Below, one piece after another: positions 1-11,019 of a stretch of DNA of 64,000 nt (its first letter is position 1; each line of letters opens with the position of its first letter). Location of the stretch: contig JAXHLW010000001.1 in NCBI GenBank assembly GCA_034521815.1, forward strand, positions 224,001-288,000. The letters are read 5' to 3'. Below the pieces are notes generated by a model, which was given only the letters and a program-made list of their open reading frames with translations, ran no database searches and had not been told where the DNA came from. Origin of the DNA: Trueperaceae bacterium. GTDB lineage: Bacteria > Deinococcota > Deinococci > Deinococcales > Trueperaceae. A program made the translations under genes and the position numbers.

Positions 1-367
1 GCGCGACGCGGGTCTCGGTCGCGAAGATCGTCCGCACCGTCGGCACGGCGACCGCGATGACGATCAGGACCGGCACGATCGTCAGGCCGATCTCCAGAGG
101 CGCGCTGCCGTGGAACTGCGGGGGGATGCGGTCCGGATCGTTCCGCCGACGCCGAAAGCGGATCAGCACGTACGCCATCACGCCGAAGGTCGCGATCATC
201 ACGATCCAGCTGAGCTGGTACGACCAGACCAGCAGATCGAGCTGCGCCTGGGCGATCGGACCGGCCGGGTCCAGCGTCGACTGGAGCCCCGTGAACTCGC
301 ATCCGGCGAGCAGAAGCATTCCTCCGGCCAGGAATGCGGCCCGACGGAGCCATTGGGTCATGGGCAC
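1..367 (-). CDS. coxB: Cytochrome c oxidase subunit II, N-terminal part (runs off window edge)
   Basis: Not in the ORF track; read manually as MPMTQWLRRAAFLAGGMLLLAGC(lipobox)EFTGLQSTLDPAGPIAQAQLDLL...PPQFHGSAPLEIGLTIVPVLIVIAVAVPT, typical of the COX2 TM region. SD GAGGAGGA lies at 375-382. Confidence 0.85.
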   Translation of the reverse strand, partial: MPMTQWLRRAAFLAGGMLLLAGCEFTGLQSTLDPAGPIAQAQLDLLVWSYQLSWIVMIATFGVMAYVLIRFRRRRNDPDRIPPQFHGSAPLEIGLTIVPVLIVIAVAVPTVRTIFATETRVA

Positions 368-546
368 GGTTCGTTCCTCCTCATGTGCAGGGGTTCGCGC
401 GAAGCTGGAGCGAGCAGGACGGGCGCCTCGCGGAGACGTGTCGGCGCCGAAGATATCACAGCCTCCCACCTTACGACCGCGTGCACAGGTCACGGTGTGC
501 GACGCAGGTACAAAGGAAGGCGTGCCGACCCGCGAATGCGCACGAC

Positions 547-2055
547 TCAGCGCGGCAGGTCGGGCTGGCGAAACGGCGCAGCGGTGCGGACGTGATCGGC
601 GCGAACGGCTGGAGAGTCCTCGAGATCGGCGACGGTGCGCGCGACGCGCAGCAGCCGAGCGTAGCCGCGAGCGCTGAGCCCGAGCTCGCCGATCGTGTCG
701 CGAGCCGTGCGCGTGCCGGCCTCGTCGAGCGCCGCGAGTCGCTCGAGCCGTCCGGCCTCGAGTCGCGCGTTCGGCCGTCCCTGGCGCTCGATCGCGCGTC
801 GGCGGGCGGCGGCGACGCGGGCCGCGACCTCGGCACTGGTCTCACCGCTGGGCGGAGCGACGAGGTCGTCGGCCGTGACCGGGGCGAGCCGGACGTGCAG
901 GTCGATGCGATCGAGGATCGGGCCGCTGATCCGGTCGGCGTAGCGCCTGCGTACGCTGGGATGGCAGCCGCAGCGAGCCGGCTCGGTCCCGTGCCAGCCG
1001 CAGGGGCACGGGTTTCGTGCCGCGACCAGCTGGAACGCCGCTGGGAAGAGCGTCCGCGCCCGGTGCCGGTCGACCGTGATCTGGCCGTCCTCGAGGGGCT
1101 GCCTCAGTGCCTCGAGGTGGCCACGGGGGAACTCGGGCAGCTCGTCGAGGAACAGCACGCCACGGTGGGCCAGGCTGATCTCGCCCGGACGTGGCGAGCG
1201 GCCGCCGCCGACCAGCGCGACCTGGCTGGCCCGGGCGTGCGGAGCGCGGAACGGCGGCCTGTGCAGGAGCCCATGCGGCGTCGGGGCTCCAGCAGCCGAG
1301 TGGATCCGCGTCACCTCGATCGCCTCGGTCGCGGACAGGTCGGGGAGCAGACCGGGCAGGCGGCGCGCCAACATGGTCTTGCCCGATCCCGGTGGGCCGG
1401 TGAGCAACAGGGCGTGCCCGCCTGCGGCGGCGATCTCGAGCGCCAGTCGGGCCATGGGTCGACCACGAACCTCGCGTAGATCGGGGGGTCGGCCGGCCGA
1501 GTCGCCTGCGACCGAGGGGGCCGGAGCGCGTACGGCGGGACGTGGCGCGCCTCGTAGGAACGAGGCCGCCTCCGCCAAGGTGGCGGCCGGCCAGACGTCG
1601 AGCCCACCGAGCGCCGAAAGCCCGGGGGCGTCGTCCACCGGCACGATCAGGCGGCGCGGACCGTTCTCGAGCGCCATCAGGCCCACCGCGATCGCGCCTC
1701 GGACCGAGCGAATCGTGCCGTCCAGAGCCAGCTCTCCGACCGAGAGGGCGCGCGCGGCGGCGTCGGCGGGCACCCGCCCGTCGGCAGCCAGCAGCGCCAA
1801 CGCGATCGGGAGGTCCAGCGCGGGCCCCTCCTTGCGGAGATCGGCCGGGGCGAGATTGATCAGGATTCGTGCACGCGGCGTGTCGAACCCGCTGGAGCTC
1901 AGGGCGGCGCGGACACGGTCGCGCGCCTCTCGAACGGCGGTGTCGGGAAGGCCCACCAGCGTCGTGCTGGGGAGACCGCGCGCCACGTGGACCTCCACGC
2001 GGACCGGCCTGGCGTCGACGCCCACGAGCGTGGCGGAGGGGACCGAGGCGAACAT
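547..2055 (-). CDS. comM: YifB/ComM Mg-chelatase-like AAA+ ATPase
   Basis: VGLPDTAVREARDRV, INLAPADLRKEG, Walker A GPPGSGKT, LFLDELPEF, NPCPCG, ISGPILDRID. Start trimmed to MFASVPSATL. Confidence 0.92.
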   Translation of the reverse strand: MFASVPSATLVGVDARPVRVEVHVARGLPSTTLVGLPDTAVREARDRVRAALSSSGFDTPRARILINLAPADLRKEGPALDLPIALALLAADGRVPADAAARALSVGELALDGTIRSVRGAIAVGLMALENGPRRLIVPVDDAPGLSALGGLDVWPAATLAEAASFLRGAPRPAVRAPAPSVAGDSAGRPPDLREVRGRPMARLALEIAAAGGHALLLTGPPGSGKTMLARRLPGLLPDLSATEAIEVTRIHSAAGAPTPHGLLHRPPFRAPHARASQVALVGGGRSPRPGEISLAHRGVLFLDELPEFPRGHLEALRQPLEDGQITVDRHRARTLFPAAFQLVAARNPCPCGWHGTEPARCGCHPSVRRRYADRISGPILDRIDLHVRLAPVTADDLVAPPSGETSAEVAARVAAARRRAIERQGRPNARLEAGRLERLAALDEAGTRTARDTIGELGLSARGYARLLRVARTVADLEDSPAVRADHVRTAAPFRQPDLPR

Positions 2056-2230
2056 CGGGTACCAGCGTCGCGCGCCCGACGGGCGGTCGGCGCGGGTCGC
2101 GAGGCACGTGCCGGGCGTCACGCATCACGTGTCCCGAGGCGCCGAAGATCGTCGGCTCGTGGCGAACGACCCGTCGCAGCGCGGGCAGTCGGGCCCGACG
2201 CGACACCGACGTCTGGCCTGGGAGGCAACC

Positions 2231-2878
2231 ATGAACCGATTCACACTCGAACGTCTAGGAGGCGCGATCGCCGTCCTCTCGTTGGCGCTCGCCGCCTGCA
2301 GCCTGATTCCGCCGCAGAACATCGGCGACGTGTTCGGGATGGACGGCACCGAGGTGACCGTGAGCGAGCCAGCTGCAGGGTTGCGTGTCGCGCAGTTCAC
2401 CGACGGCTGCGACGACGGAACGCACTGCGCGCCGTTCGGCCCCGCCACGTTCGCCGATCCCGAGATCTCGGGCATCGCCACCTCGATCATCGCCGGGTTC
2501 GACGTCGACGCCGGCATCGAGGCCACGATCACGGCGCCCGGCGCCGTCGCGGAACGGATCACGGTGAGCTCGTTCGGCGTCTCGTTGACCGTGTCCGACC
2601 AGGAGACGGACCAGACGGTGTCCGCTTCGGCCAGCGCGACCGCCGACCCGGCCATCGTGTTCGAGCGGACGTCGGTCGGCGTGTACGTGGCCGACGACGT
2701 GTCGGACCTCCAGCTCACCGTCGAGTTCGACGGAAGCGAGCTGGGCACGCTGAAGGAGATCCTCACCGGCGGTGGCCAGAACGTCGGCTCCGGCGTCGTC
2801 TACCTGAACGTGGAGGAACAGGGGATCGCCAGTATGACGATCACGCTCCAGTCGGAGGGCGCGACCGTCTCGTTCTGA
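2231..2878 (+). CDS. Putative lipoprotein, beta-rich, unknown function
   Basis: SD GGAGG at 2221; signal peptide ending LAAC (lipobox). Confidence 0.75.
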   Translation: MNRFTLERLGGAIAVLSLALAACSLIPPQNIGDVFGMDGTEVTVSEPAAGLRVAQFTDGCDDGTHCAPFGPATFADPEISGIATSIIAGFDVDAGIEATITAPGAVAERITVSSFGVSLTVSDQETDQTVSASASATADPAIVFERTSVGVYVADDVSDLQLTVEFDGSELGTLKEILTGGGQNVGSGVVYLNVEEQGIASMTITLQSEGATVSF

Positions 2879-3038
2879 CCCCGTCGCGTTCCGAGCGCCG
2901 CGCGCTGAAGCGATGCGTCGACGCGACGATCTGAACCGACGATCTGAACCGACGAGCCCAAGCGACGGCGTCCGCCCTGCCATGGCAGGGCGGACGCCGT
3001 GGTCCCGTGGTGGACCCGTGGTGGACGTCGGCGCCGGC

Positions 3039-3911
3039 CTACATCCCCAGCTCTGGCGTCGCGTCGGCCAGCGCGTAGTAGCCGTACGTTCCCGGGCCCA
3101 CGTGCACGCCGATGACGGCGCCCATCTCGTACAAGCCCGCGTCGCGGAACTCGATGCCCGCGTCCCGGATCGCGGTGCGAAGCCGGTCGGCCGCGTCCGG
3201 GTCCTGGATGTGGATGAACGAGAGGACCAGCTCGCCCTCGGGATGCTCGGAGCGATACGTCTCGAGCCGGGACACCATCTCCTTGAGGGCCTTCTTCGCG
3301 CCGCGCGCACGCCCGGCCGGTTCCACGGTGCCGGCGTCCAGCGAAAGGATCGGCTTGATGTTCAAGATGCTCCCCAGCAGGGCGCTCGCGCGGCCGATCC
3401 GTCCGCCGCGCTGAAGGAACTCGAGCGTGCCGACGGTGAACAGCAGGAGGTTCTTGTCGCGAATCGTCTCCATCGCGGCCATGACCTCGCTCATCGGCGC
3501 GCCCGCGTCGCGCATGGCGGCCGCGCGGCGGATCATGTACGCCACGCCGATGCTGGCGTGGCGACTGTCGAACACCGTGACGGGCACCGGGGCGTCCTTC
3601 GCGGCCAGCTCAGCGGACTGGTACGTGCCGGACAGGCCCGACGAGATCGTGAGCACGAGAACCTCGTCCGCGCCGTTCGCGACGGCGTTCCGGTACGCTT
3701 CGGAGAAATCCTCGGGCGTCGGCTGGCTGGTGGTCGGCGACTCGGCGCCCTCCTGCATGCCACGGATCAGCTCGCCGGGCGTGATCTCGATCCAGTCCTT
3801 GAACGTCTCGCCACGGAAGTGGACGTACAGCGGAACTCTCTGGACGTCCAGATCGGCGAGCTCCTGGGCGGACAGATCGCAGGTGGAATCGGTCACGATC
3901 GCAATCGGCAT
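3039..3911 (-). CDS. degV: DegV family fatty-acid-binding protein
   Basis: IAIVTDSTCDL, TTSQP, ISSGLSGTYQSA, LQRGGRIG, IKPIL, HVGPG motifs. Confidence 0.93.
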   Translation of the reverse strand: MPIAIVTDSTCDLSAQELADLDVQRVPLYVHFRGETFKDWIEITPGELIRGMQEGAESPTTSQPTPEDFSEAYRNAVANGADEVLVLTISSGLSGTYQSAELAAKDAPVPVTVFDSRHASIGVAYMIRRAAAMRDAGAPMSEVMAAMETIRDKNLLLFTVGTLEFLQRGGRIGRASALLGSILNIKPILSLDAGTVEPAGRARGAKKALKEMVSRLETYRSEHPEGELVLSFIHIQDPDAADRLRTAIRDAGIEFRDAGLYEMGAVIGVHVGPGTYGYYALADATPELGM

Positions 3912-4068
3912 GATTGAGCCTCCGGGGATGGGAAAACCGGGCCTGTCGAGGCGGCCCGCCTGACGCGTGGTATCCCCATGAGTATACGTGAGGCCGCCTC
4001 TGGCGCGGAGGGGCGGACCGAGAGCCGGCCCGAGAGCCGGCGCGAGAGATGGTCCCGAGGAGGCGCGC

Positions 4069-4869
4069 GTGAGCGACGTGACGTGGTGGGCGCTGCAACC
4101 GAGCGGAATGGTGATCGTGCTGCTGTTCGCAGCCTGGCTGGCCAACGCGGCGGGCGGGCGGCGCTGGACCGGTGCGATCGTCGGCCTGGTGCTGGTCGCT
4201 TGGATCACGGTGGTGCTGGCGCCCGTCGGCGCCTGGCTGGCCGCGCCGCTGGAGCGACGGACCCCGCCCCCTGACGCGCTTCCCGCCACGGTGGACGGCA
4301 TCGTCGTGTTGGGGGGCTCGGTCGACTGGCGCGCCAGCATCGAGCGGGGCCAGCTGTCTCTGGGAGCGTCCGGGGAGCGCATGATCGCCGGTGCGGCGCT
4401 GGCGCGGCGTTATCCGGAGGCCGTTCTCGCGTTCACCGGCGTGACGGCCGAGGCGCTGTCGGCCGACTTCCACCGCTCGCCGGAGCCGGGCACGCTGTTC
4501 TTCGGCGAGGCGTTCGCGGATCGTCGGCCGCTGGCGTTGCCGGCCTCCGCGAGCACGTACGAGGACGCGTTGCTGTCGCTCGAACGGCTGCAGCCCAGGC
4601 CCGGCGAGACGTGGCTGCTGGTCACCAGCGCATGGCACATGCCTCGTGCCTGGGCCACGTTCCGGACACTGGGGTGGACGACGGTGCCGTACCCGGTGGA
4701 CCCGATCTCCGCCGGGGCGCGTTGGGGTTGGCCCAATCCGCCGGGAGCGGCGGAGCGTCTGGCCGCGGTCGACCAGGTCGTGCGCGAGTGGGGCGCCGTG
4801 CTCGTGTACCGAAGGACCGGGCGGATCGCGCCCGAGGCGTGGGACGCGTCCGCGGCAGGCGGGCCGTGA
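4069..4869 (+). CDS. YdcF/ElyC (DUF218) membrane protein
   Basis: N-terminal TMs, GIVVLGG, STYEDA, LLVTSAWHMPRA, PYPVD. GTG start follows SD GAGGAGG. Confidence 0.85.
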   Translation: MSDVTWWALQPSGMVIVLLFAAWLANAAGGRRWTGAIVGLVLVAWITVVLAPVGAWLAAPLERRTPPPDALPATVDGIVVLGGSVDWRASIERGQLSLGASGERMIAGAALARRYPEAVLAFTGVTAEALSADFHRSPEPGTLFFGEAFADRRPLALPASASTYEDALLSLERLQPRPGETWLLVTSAWHMPRAWATFRTLGWTTVPYPVDPISAGARWGWPNPPGAAERLAAVDQVVREWGAVLVYRRTGRIAPEAWDASAAGGP

Positions 4870-4906
4870 GTCGTCCGGCGGCGCCGACGAACGGCCCAGG
4901 CGGACG

Positions 4907-5899
4907 TCACGCCAGGAGCGCCTCGGCGATCTGAACGGCGTTGAGTGCCGCACCCTTGCGAATCTGATCGCCCGACACGAACAGAGCGACCGCGCCGGGA
5001 CGGCTCGCGTCGGCGCGGATACGGCCGACGAGGACCTCGTCCCGACCCGAGGCGTCTCGCGGCATGGGAAACAGGTTCGCCTCGCGGTCGTCCACGATCC
5101 GGACGCCGGGCGCGGCCGCCAGAACGCGTCGCGCCTCGTCCGGATCGATGGGCCGTTCGAACTCGGCGTGGATCGCCTCGCTGTGGGCGCGGTAGACGGG
5201 GACCCGCACGCAGGTCGCGCTGATGTTCAGGTCCGGAGCGTTCAGGATCTTGCGCGACTCGAGCAGGAGCTTGCGCTCTTCGACGTTGTAGCCGTCGTCG
5301 CCCACCTCGCTGTCGTGGGAGAACAGGTTGAACGCGATGTCGTGATCGAACGTCCGCGGGAGCTCCTCGCGACCGTCGAGCGCCGCGCGCGTCAGGCGCG
5401 TCAGCTCGTCGATCCCGGTGGCCCCGGCTCCGGACACGGCCTGGTAGGTCGCGACGGTCGCACGCGTCAGGCCGAACGCACGGTGCAACGGCGCGAGCGC
5501 CATCAACGCGATGATCGTCGAGCAGTTCGGGTTCGCGACGATTCCCCGGTGGGCGCGGGCCGCGTCCGCGTTGATCTCGGGAACGACCAGCGGCGTGGTC
5601 GGATCCATGCGCCAGGCGCTGGTGTTGTCGATCACGACCGCGCCGTGCGACGCCCAGTCGCGGGCGTGCGCCTTCGAGAGGTCGCCACCGGCCGAGGAGA
5701 ACGCGATGTCGGCGTCCAGGTCGCCGCTGTCGGGCAGCGTCTCGATCGTGACCGGCGCGCCGCGGAACGTCACCGTCCGGCCCGCCGACCGAGGCGATGC
5801 GTACAGCCGCAAGGCGCTCACCGGGAACGACCGTTCCTCGAGCAGAGCGACGAGCTCCTGACCGACGGCGCCGGTGGCGCCTACGATGGCGACGCGCAT
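4907..5899 (-). CDS. asd: Aspartate-semialdehyde dehydrogenase
   Basis: VAIVGATGAVG, IDNTSAWRM, ANPNCST, TYQAVSGAG, TCVRVPV, DQIRKGAALNAVQIAE. Confidence 0.96.
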   Translation of the reverse strand: MRVAIVGATGAVGQELVALLEERSFPVSALRLYASPRSAGRTVTFRGAPVTIETLPDSGDLDADIAFSSAGGDLSKAHARDWASHGAVVIDNTSAWRMDPTTPLVVPEINADAARAHRGIVANPNCSTIIALMALAPLHRAFGLTRATVATYQAVSGAGATGIDELTRLTRAALDGREELPRTFDHDIAFNLFSHDSEVGDDGYNVEERKLLLESRKILNAPDLNISATCVRVPVYRAHSEAIHAEFERPIDPDEARRVLAAAPGVRIVDDREANLFPMPRDASGRDEVLVGRIRADASRPGAVALFVSGDQIRKGAALNAVQIAEALLA

Positions 5900-6002
5900 G
5901 GATCCTCCTCCGCACCCCGGCCTGCGAGGTGCGGGCGTGAGTCTAGCACGGGCTCCCGCGCCGCTCGGACGCCCGGCCGGGACGCCGGGTAGCATGACGG
6001 CG

Positions 6003-7136
6003 ATGAGCGGGACGCGAGCGACGACAGCAGGGGGACGACGCGCCGCGCGGCGCGTCGTCGTGAAGATCGGGACCAGCAGCATCACCGACGAGTCGGGCCG
6101 GATTCACCCGCCGCGGATGGCTGCGATCGCGCGGGGCGCGGCTGCGGTGGAGCGGGCCACAGGCGCCACGCCGGTGCTGGTCTCGTCGGGCGCCGGCGCG
6201 GCCGGCCGGGAGCGGCTGGGCCTCTCGCTGCCCCTCACGCTTCCCGACAAGCAGGCGGCCGCAGCGGTCGGCCAATCGCTGCTGATGCTGCACTGGGAGC
6301 GGGCGCTGGCGCCCCGTCCGGTCGCACAGCTGCTGCTCTCGGCGGACGACGTGCACGACCGGACGCGCTACGTGAACGCGAAGAACGCGCTGCAGGCCAG
6401 CCTACGGCTGGGTGCCGTGCCGATCGTGAACGAGAACGACAGCGTCGCGACGCAGGAGCTGAAGCTGGGCGACAACGACACGCTGTCGGCCTGGGTGGCG
6501 TACCTCGTCGACGCCGATGCGCTGCTGATCCTGACGGACGTCGACGGGCTGTACGACGCCGATCCACGTCGAAGCCCGGACGCCCAGCGGATCGACGAGG
6601 TGCACGACCTGGACGCCGCTGCGCGGATGGCGGGCGGCATCGGCAGCGGTCGGGGGACCGGCGGCATGGCGACGAAGCTTCGCGCCGCCAGGATCGCCAG
6701 CGAGGCGGGCATCGAGACGTGGATCGCCGGCGGAGGTGGCGCCGCGCTCGAGGCGTTCGCGCGTGGCGAGGCACCGGGGACCCGGGTGGTGCCCGCGACC
6801 GAGCACGCTCCGGCGCGCAAGGCGTGGCTGGCCCAGCAACCGGTGGCGGGACGAGTGGTCGTCGACGACGGAGCGATCCGGGCGCTGAACGAAGGTCGCA
6901 GCCTGCTTCCGAGGGGGGTCAAGGGGGTCGAGGGCGGGTTCGCGTTCGGTGACGCGGTCGAGGTCGTCGGATTCCACGGTGCGCCCGTCGCGCGCGGACT
7001 CGTGAACTACGCTCACGATGCGCTGCAACGGATCGCTGGCCGGCATACCAGCGAGATCGCCGAGCTGCTCGGAGCGAAGGATTTCGACGAGGTCGTCCAT
7101 CGCGACAACCTCGTGCTGCTCGCGCGCCGGCCCTGA
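6003..7136 (+). CDS. proB: Glutamate 5-kinase with PUA domain
   Basis: VVKIGTSS, VSSGA, NENDSV, GDNDTLSA, GTGGMATKL, SLLPRGV, VVHRDNLV. Start chosen by TAGCAT -10 lying 7 nt upstream. Confidence 0.95.
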   Translation: MSGTRATTAGGRRAARRVVVKIGTSSITDESGRIHPPRMAAIARGAAAVERATGATPVLVSSGAGAAGRERLGLSLPLTLPDKQAAAAVGQSLLMLHWERALAPRPVAQLLLSADDVHDRTRYVNAKNALQASLRLGAVPIVNENDSVATQELKLGDNDTLSAWVAYLVDADALLILTDVDGLYDADPRRSPDAQRIDEVHDLDAAARMAGGIGSGRGTGGMATKLRAARIASEAGIETWIAGGGGAALEAFARGEAPGTRVVPATEHAPARKAWLAQQPVAGRVVVDDGAIRALNEGRSLLPRGVKGVEGGFAFGDAVEVVGFHGAPVARGLVNYAHDALQRIAGRHTSEIAELLGAKDFDEVVHRDNLVLLARRP

Positions 7137-7192
7137 GGCCAGTGCGTCCGCGCCGTGGCGGGACGGGTGCTACGCTCGCGGTAGGAGGCATC

Positions 7193-7765
7193 ATGAAGAG
7201 CGTCCGAACCACCCTCGCCTACTTCGCCGCCGCAGCTCTGGTCGCCTTCGGCCTGCTGGCGCTGTTGAACCCGCTGGTCGCCGCACGACTGGTAGGGCTC
7301 GAGGTGGTCGAGCCGCGCGGACTGAGCGAAGTCCGAGCGTTCTACGGGGCGATGATGCTGATGCTGGGCGGCGTGATGGTGTGGGCCGTGCCGATGCGCC
7401 CCCGCTCGGCGCCCTGGATGCGACTCGCTGGGCTGCTGTGGGCCGCGGCGACGCTGGGGCGGGCGGCCAGTGTGATCTTGGACGGCGTGTGGACCCCGGT
7501 CAACCTGCTGTTCCTGCTCGCGTCCGGGGTCATCGCCGCCGCGTTCATCCTCGCCAGCTTCCAGACGCGCCCCCGTGCGATTCGCCGGAGCGACGAAGAG
7601 CAACCTGGCGAGCTGGCGTCCAGCCGGGACGCCCGCGAGGCCCGACCTGAACCTCGACGAGGCTGGCTGCGCCGCTCGAAGGACCGACCGGGCAAGCCGG
7701 CCGATCGCCGGGAGGAACCCGCGGAGGAGGACGAGGACGATCCGCTCCGCGCCTATCGGAGCTGA
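7193..7765 (+). CDS. Four-TM membrane protein (DUF4345-like)
   Basis: GLSEVRAFYG motif, hydrophobic helices, charged tail; SD AGGAGG. Confidence 0.7.
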   Translation: MKSVRTTLAYFAAAALVAFGLLALLNPLVAARLVGLEVVEPRGLSEVRAFYGAMMLMLGGVMVWAVPMRPRSAPWMRLAGLLWAAATLGRAASVILDGVWTPVNLLFLLASGVIAAAFILASFQTRPRAIRRSDEEQPGELASSRDAREARPEPRRGWLRRSKDRPGKPADRREEPAEEDEDDPLRAYRS

Positions 7766-7956
7766 CGCCGGCGACGTGCGCGCCGGGTCGTTCGCCGCGC
7801 CCGGCGGCGCGGACGGTGGCGCGGACGGTCCGCCGCCGGGCGCGCGCGGTAGGCTCTAGACGCCATGTCGATCCGTCCGCGTCCAGACCCGCACCCACCG
7901 TTCACGCCCCGGTCGCTCAGGCCGCGAAGCGGCCCCCCGGGTCGCTTTCCGGTCCT

Positions 7957-9159
7957 GTGAGGCACGTTCTCGCCGACGGCACCCGCGCGCACCTGCCCAC
8001 CGCGGCGGCGACGCGCGACCGTCTTCGCCGGCGACTGTCCGAGCTGTACGTCTCGTGGGGGTACCGGACCGTCGAGGTGCCCGCGCTGGAGCGGTACGAT
8101 CCCGAGCACCCGCGAGCCGCGCAATCGTTCAAGCTCACCGACCGCGACAGCGGCCTGCTGGCGCTGCGCTCCGACTTCACGCCGGCGCTGGCCCGGCTGG
8201 TCCGGCACGCCTGGCCGCACCTGGCCGATCCGGCCTCGAGGCAGAGCGCGATGCGACTCCAGGTCGCCGGTCCGGTCTGGCAGGCGATCGACCCCGAGCT
8301 GGCGCGGACCCGCGAGTTCAGTCAGATCGGGGTCGAGCTGATCGGCGTCCGGCACCCGCGGGCGGACGCCGAGCTGATCCACCTGGCGCGCGAGTCGGTG
8401 CGAACCGTCGGGCTCCGGCCGCGCGTCGAGATCGGCTCGCCGGGCTTCGTGAGGGCGCTCATGGACGAGGCGGCCGTCCCAGGCGGGGTCCGGTCCGCGC
8501 TCGCGGACGCGATCGACCGCAAGGATCCCCACGACGTCGCGACGATGCTGCGCGCCGTGGGGCTCTCCGGACCCGCCGCGGACGCGTTGCGGGCGGCGCC
8601 CGACCTGTACGGCAGCACGGAGCAGCTGGAGGAGGCGCGCCGCGTCGCCACCGGTCCGGCGTCGCGCGCCGCCCTGGACCACCTGGAGGGCGTGCTGGGC
8701 GAGTTCGAGGACGACAGCGAGCTGATCCTCGATCTCGGCATGGCGCGGCGGCTGTCGTACTACACCGGCGTCACCTTCCGGGCGTACACGCTGGACTTCG
8801 GGCAGCCCCTGCTGGGCGGCGGCCGCTACGACGGTGCGCTGCTCCCCTACGCCGCCGGCTTCTCGATCGGCCTGGAGCGGCTCGAGAGCGCCCTGGCCGA
8901 CGCCGAGGGCGACCACGTCGTCGATTCCGCCACGATCTGGGCGCTGTCCACGGACGACGCGGCCGCGAGGCGCCTGCGCGCCGCGGGGTTCGCGGTCGGC
9001 CGCGCCATCGCGACGGACGACGAGGACGCGCTGCAGGAAGCGCGCGACGCCGGCGCGCGCTGGCTGGTGGGGCGTTCCGGGCTCCGTCCGGTGAGCGGCG
9101 CTGGCGACGCGGACGAGCAGGCGCGAATGATGGCCGCGATGGAGGGCGATGATGACTGA
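7957..9159 (+). CDS. hisZ: ATP phosphoribosyltransferase regulatory subunit
   Basis: [44 protein letters not shown]; directly upstream of short hisG. Start approximate. Confidence 0.9.
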   Translation: MRHVLADGTRAHLPTAAATRDRLRRRLSELYVSWGYRTVEVPALERYDPEHPRAAQSFKLTDRDSGLLALRSDFTPALARLVRHAWPHLADPASRQSAMRLQVAGPVWQAIDPELARTREFSQIGVELIGVRHPRADAELIHLARESVRTVGLRPRVEIGSPGFVRALMDEAAVPGGVRSALADAIDRKDPHDVATMLRAVGLSGPAADALRAAPDLYGSTEQLEEARRVATGPASRAALDHLEGVLGEFEDDSELILDLGMARRLSYYTGVTFRAYTLDFGQPLLGGGRYDGALLPYAAGFSIGLERLESALADAEGDHVVDSATIWALSTDDAAARRLRAAGFAVGRAIATDDEDALQEARDAGARWLVGRSGLRPVSGAGDADEQARMMAAMEGDDD

Positions 9160-9796
9160 CGCATCACCCAGGCCGCTGGTCGTCGCGCTTCCCAAGGGCC
9201 GGGTGCTGGACGACGCGCTGGCCGCGCTCCGCTCGGCCGGACTCGATCTGCGACTCGACGGAGGCGACCGGGTGCTTCGGCACACGGCGCGGGCCGGCAC
9301 CGTGATCGTGATGCGGAACGCCGACGTGCCCACCTACGTCGATCTGGGCGTGGCCGATGTCGGCGTCGTGGGCAAGGACGTGCTGCTGGAGTCCGGCAGT
9401 CGGATCTACGAGCCGGTGGACCTGGGCTTCGCGGCCTGCCGCATGTCGCTGATCCGACCGCTGGGCGCTCGCGGGGTCGTGCGCCGGGTGGCGACGAAGT
9501 ACCCGAGGGTCACGGCGTCGTACCTGGCTCGCGTCGGCAGCACGGCGGAGGTCGTCGATCTGAAGGGGAACGTCGAGCTGGCTTGCCTCACGGGACTCGC
9601 AGACGCCGTGGTGGACATCGTCGAGACGGGATCCACCCTGGCCGCCAACGAGCTCGAGGAGGTGGACCTGATCCTGCGGTCGTCCGCCCGCTTCGTGGTG
9701 AACCGGGCCGCGCTGAAGCTGCGCGCGGCCGAGCTGAAGCCGCTGATCGCGCGTCTGCGGCGCGCTGCCGCCGGCCAGGAGGCGCACGCAGAGTAG
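9149..9796 (+). CDS. hisG: ATP phosphoribosyltransferase (short form)
   Basis: [43 protein letters not shown]. Confidence 0.95.
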   Translation: MMTDASPRPLVVALPKGRVLDDALAALRSAGLDLRLDGGDRVLRHTARAGTVIVMRNADVPTYVDLGVADVGVVGKDVLLESGSRIYEPVDLGFAACRMSLIRPLGARGVVRRVATKYPRVTASYLARVGSTAEVVDLKGNVELACLTGLADAVVDIVETGSTLAANELEEVDLILRSSARFVVNRAALKLRAAELKPLIARLRRAAAGQEAHAE

Positions 9797-10921
9797 TCAC
9801 CACCATCCCCGCCGCCGGAAGCCCTGGGCCAGCCCGAACGCCAGCGTGATCATCGCCAGCCACAGGGCAGGGTAGGCCCAGCGCCAGCCGAGCTCCGGCA
9901 TGTGCTGAAAGTTCATGCCGTAGACGCCGACGATGAACGTCAGCGGGATGAAGACGGTGCTGATCACGGTGAGCACCTTCATCACTTCGTTCATTCGGAA
10001 CGACAGGGTCGACAGCGTCGACTCCTGCAGGCCGGAGAGAAGCTCGCGCAGCGTCTCGACGGCGTCGACCGCCTGCACGGCGTGGTCGTGCACGTCACCG
10101 AGGAAGGTGCGCGCCTCGCGTCCCAGCAGCTCCGTGTCGTCCCGCAGAAGGCCCGCCAGCAGGTCCCGGGTCGGCCAGACCGTGCGCCGCAGCTGCAGCG
10201 CGTCCATCCGCAGGGCGTGGATGCGCTGCAGGTGGGCGGGCGAGGGTCGACGGAACGCTTCGTCCTCCAGGTCCACGATCGCGTCGCCGTAGCGCTCGAG
10301 CAGCGCGAAGGCCTCCTCGACGACCGTGTCGACGAGCGCGTAGGCCAGGTAGTCGGGTCCACCGGTGCGCAGGCGCGAGCCGGTCCGCCTGATGCGCGCG
10401 CGGACGCCGTCGAACGGGTCGCCCGGACGCTCCTGGAACGTGACCACCAGGCGGGGACCGATCACGATCGAGACCTGCTCGGCCTCGAGCCCGGGGTGCT
10501 CCGAATCGTCGGCGACACGGAGCGAGCGCATCACGATCAACAGCGCCTCGTCGACGCTCTCGTGCTTGGGACGCTGCCCGACGTTGGCGATGTCCTCGAT
10601 CCACAACGGATGCAGTCCCAGCACGCGACCGAGCTCGCTGAGGAAGGCGTGGTCGGCGAGGCCCACCACGTCGATCCAGGTCATCTCGTCGCCGGGCGCG
10701 GCGGCGAGCCGTAGCGCGGTGGCGGCGTCGATCTCGCGCTCGTCGAGCGAGGTGGGCCCGAAGCGGAGCAGGCGCACGCGCGTCGCGACGGGTGGATGGT
10801 GGCCCGTGTAGGTCACCGAGCCGGGAGCGCCGGGCGTCGCGCGCCGACCGGTCAGGCGCCGGGAGGCGCGACCGACGGCACGTCCCGATCGGCGCAGGGA
10901 AGGATCGTCGCTGGCGTTCAT
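9797..10921 (-). CDS. corA: Magnesium/cobalt transporter CorA
   Basis: LHPLWIEDI, QRPK, MNEVMKVLT, GVYGMNF signature, MPEL. Confidence 0.95.
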   Translation of the reverse strand: MNASDDPSLRRSGRAVGRASRRLTGRRATPGAPGSVTYTGHHPPVATRVRLLRFGPTSLDEREIDAATALRLAAAPGDEMTWIDVVGLADHAFLSELGRVLGLHPLWIEDIANVGQRPKHESVDEALLIVMRSLRVADDSEHPGLEAEQVSIVIGPRLVVTFQERPGDPFDGVRARIRRTGSRLRTGGPDYLAYALVDTVVEEAFALLERYGDAIVDLEDEAFRRPSPAHLQRIHALRMDALQLRRTVWPTRDLLAGLLRDDTELLGREARTFLGDVHDHAVQAVDAVETLRELLSGLQESTLSTLSFRMNEVMKVLTVISTVFIPLTFIVGVYGMNFQHMPELGWRWAYPALWLAMITLAFGLAQGFRRRGWW

Positions 10922-11019
10922 GGAGCGAGCCTAGCGGACGAGGGGCGACCGCGGGGTTCGGGAAGCGGGGTTCGGGAGGCGGCGGGAGCGACCCGGCGGA
11001 GCCGAGGTACGCTCCCGCC

